Made by a program: the position numbers and the translations under genes. DNA of 64,000 nucleotides, from NCBI GenBank assembly GCA_028826165.1, contig JAPDFW010000085.1:62001-126000 (forward strand), written 5' to 3'. The notes beneath the pieces were generated by a model. It saw nothing but the letters and a program-made list of their open reading frames with translations, had not been told where the DNA came from and ran no database searches. How positions within the stretch are numbered: the first letter of the stretch is position 1; the number at the start of each line of letters is the position of its first letter. The DNA is from Anaeramoeba ignava BMAN (Eukaryota; Protista; Anaeramoebae). Below are positions 61,474-64,000 of this stretch, one piece after another.

Positions 61474-64000
61474 TCAAAAATAAACAACAATAACAGCAAT
61501 ATTATCTGTTGAACCAGAAAGATAAGCATAGTCTCTAATTTTTGCAGCAGCTCTTTGACTATTATTTTCATTTGCAACAATATCAACAACATCTTGAGTA
61601 GAAATAAAATTCCAAACACCATCAGAAGCCATAATCAAGAACTCGTCTTGAGAAGTAAGCTTTAGAGCAGTTATTGAAGGCTCTGGTGAAATTATTCTAT
61701 TCATCAAACCATCTCCCAAAGACCTAGAAACATTGAGTATTCCATTCACTCTTTGATCCTTAATAAATCCTCCTGCTTTTTTGATCCTTTTTAATTCATC
61801 TCCTTCATTAGGTCTTTGGGCTTCAGTCAGAAATATCGCTTCTCCTGAACGCGATATTAAAACATCTGAATCTCCAGCATTGGCTACAAATAAATAATCA
61901 TCCAAAAAAATGCAAATTGAACATGTTGTTCCTGTATAAAGAAAAACTGGACTTAATTTTTCGTGAATTTCTGAAAATGATTTACTAATTGCTTCCTCAA
62001 TAAAATATCTTTCAACTAATTTTTCACTGATAATTTTGTGAAGATTTTCTGCTGAAAATTCTGCTACTTCTTTTCCTCCATGTCCATCAAAAATTCCAAA
62101 ATATTCACTTTGTGTAAATTGGTAAATTGAATATGAACTATTTTCTTTGGATTCACTATCAATATTACTTTCACTAGGAATATTACTATTATCAATATTA
62201 TTTTCATCATCAATATTATTTTCATCATCAATATTATTTTCATCATCTATATTATTTTCATCATCAATATTATTTTCATTATTTTCATTATTTTCATTAT
62301 TTTCATTATTTTCATTATTTCCATTATCAATATTATTTTCATCTTCAATTTGCTTTAAATTCATTGATAATTCACGTGAAATTTGTTGTCTTTCATCCGT
62401 TGATATTGTTTCTTGATCTTGTGTTGTTATTTGATTTATTTCTTGATCATATTCAGTTGTTTCTTCGCTTATATTATCATTAAAAGGTGATTTTTGAACT
62501 TTTTTCTTATCAACAATTTTACTATCTAATTTACTTTCCATTTTTAATTTTGAGTCGTTTTCTTTTTGAGGAAATTTATTCAAAGGATTTGATTTAGAAA
62601 ATTTTTTGAGACCTGCAAAATCAATACTTTCATTTTTTGATGATAATTTTTTTGCCTTTATTGGATTTTTGTTTTTGTTTTTGTTTTCAATTTTATCCTG
62701 TATTTTCATTTTTGTAAGGAAAGATTGGATTCCAGTTAAAGAAAGATATTCACCATAAACTACAAGAGCATCTTCCATAGCCATTCTCCTTCCTTTCATT
62801 GAAGAAGCTCCTATTCTAAATCTTGTTGAATATTGGATAATGAATTCCAAATTTGTTTTTCCAATTTGTTCTACTTTTTTTGGAGATCTTGATTGAATTA
62901 TTTTGTATAAAGGTTGATATTGAGATTGAACTACCTTTTTATTTTTGTTCATGCTTTTATTTTTTTGACTTTCATTTTGATTTTGATTTTGATTTTGATT
63001 TTGATTTTGATTTTCGTTTTCGATGAGATTAATATTTTCAGTTTCAGTTTCCATTTCAATTGTATTTTGAGTTTCACTTTGAATTTCGCTTGTATTTGTA
63101 TTTTCATTTTCATTTTGACTTTTTATTTCACTTGTATTTGTATTTGATTTTTTTTCAATTTGATTTTGATTTTGATTTTCATTTTGTATTTCATTTTCAT
63201 TTTCATTTTCATTTTGTATTTCATTTTCATTTTCATTTGTGTTTTCATTTTTTATTTCATTTTCATTTATATTATTTTCATTTTCATTTAATTGATTGAG
63301 AGATTGATGGAACATTGTCAATTTGCGTTTAAATTTTCTTTGAAAAACTGATTCAAAAATATTCTCGAAAATTTGATGAACAATTGAATTTCTCTCAATA
63401 ATTTTCAGGATATCATTGATTTCATTTGAAGGAATTTGGGGATTATTATTAATATTCAAGGAAATTAATTTCGTATTTTTTTGGATTGATTCAAAAAGAT
63501 ATCCAAATCCTTTTGGGGTTATATCATTTGAACTAATATCCAAAACTTCCAAATCAGGATTATTTTCAATCAAATGAGCAATAATTATTGCTCCATCTTC
63601 TTTTAATTGTGTATTTGATAAAATGAGTGTTTTCAATTGATTTTTCACTTTTGGATTTGATATAATTGAATCAACAATAAGTCTCAATCCAATTCCTTTT
63701 ATTGGATTATTTGAAATATCAATATATTCAAGAAAATTATCAGTTCCTGTCAATTGAGAAAATGCTTTAATATTTTTTGCTGAAATGCAATTGTTTTTAA
63801 AAGATAATCCTGTTATCAACCGACTTTGTTGAAGTGAATCACTTAGATGCTTAAGATCATTTGGATTTAAATGTGTTTCTTTTAATCGGAAACAAATTTT
63901 CGTTGCATTTTTCTTTTTTCTAGCGCATTCTGTGAAAATTTTTTTTAATAACTTTTACAAAATAATTTGAATTTTGTTTAAAAAATTGTTTTTTGCTTTG
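61474..64000 (-). CDS. LRR (RNI-like) plus PP2C/PPM protein phosphatase; 5' end lies at or beyond the window edge
   Basis: LRRs (LEYIDISNNPI, LEVLDISSNDI). PP2C motifs GRRMAMED, FGIFDGHGG, VANAGDS, LNVSRSLGD, LIMASDGVW, GSTDNI. Confidence 0.93.

Overview
Gene-dense, extremely AT-rich eukaryotic (protist) nuclear DNA with GT-AG spliceosomal introns and the standard genetic code. There are no rRNA, tRNA, CRISPR or recognisable transposon features. About 20 protein genes can be reconstructed: ankyrin protein (partial), tandem-PH protein, HspBP1/Fes1, POC1, Patched/NPC1-like SSD protein, two RING-H2 ligase copies plus a remnant third, PTPA, WDR33, COG1, a BEACH protein, xanthine dehydrogenase, a BTB-coiled coil-ARM protein, cyclin B, an AAC4-like protein, PIG-Z, a gustatory-receptor-like 7TM protein, an orphan, Prp18 and an LRR-PP2C (partial). 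Many proteins carry (AATCAA)n-encoded NQ/NE tracts and many introns are inflated by satellites. This style suggests an Anaeramoeba-like anaerobic metamonad (inference only). The main hidden feature is at 43.3-45.4 kb, where the ORF track shows nothing: a tandem array of near-identical, frame-symmetric, one-ARM-repeat-per-exon cassettes spliced onto a BTB protein, with variation concentrated on the predicted binding helix. Also notable are an XDH with an organelle-type presequence and a 10-nt Moco-motif microexon, a 7TM ion-channel (GRL)-like gene, an exon-by-exon A-to-T synonymous codon gradient, AG-free satellite introns and an Inr-like TCATTTT promoter motif. Several single-base frameshifts, mostly in homopolymers, are probably assembly errors.
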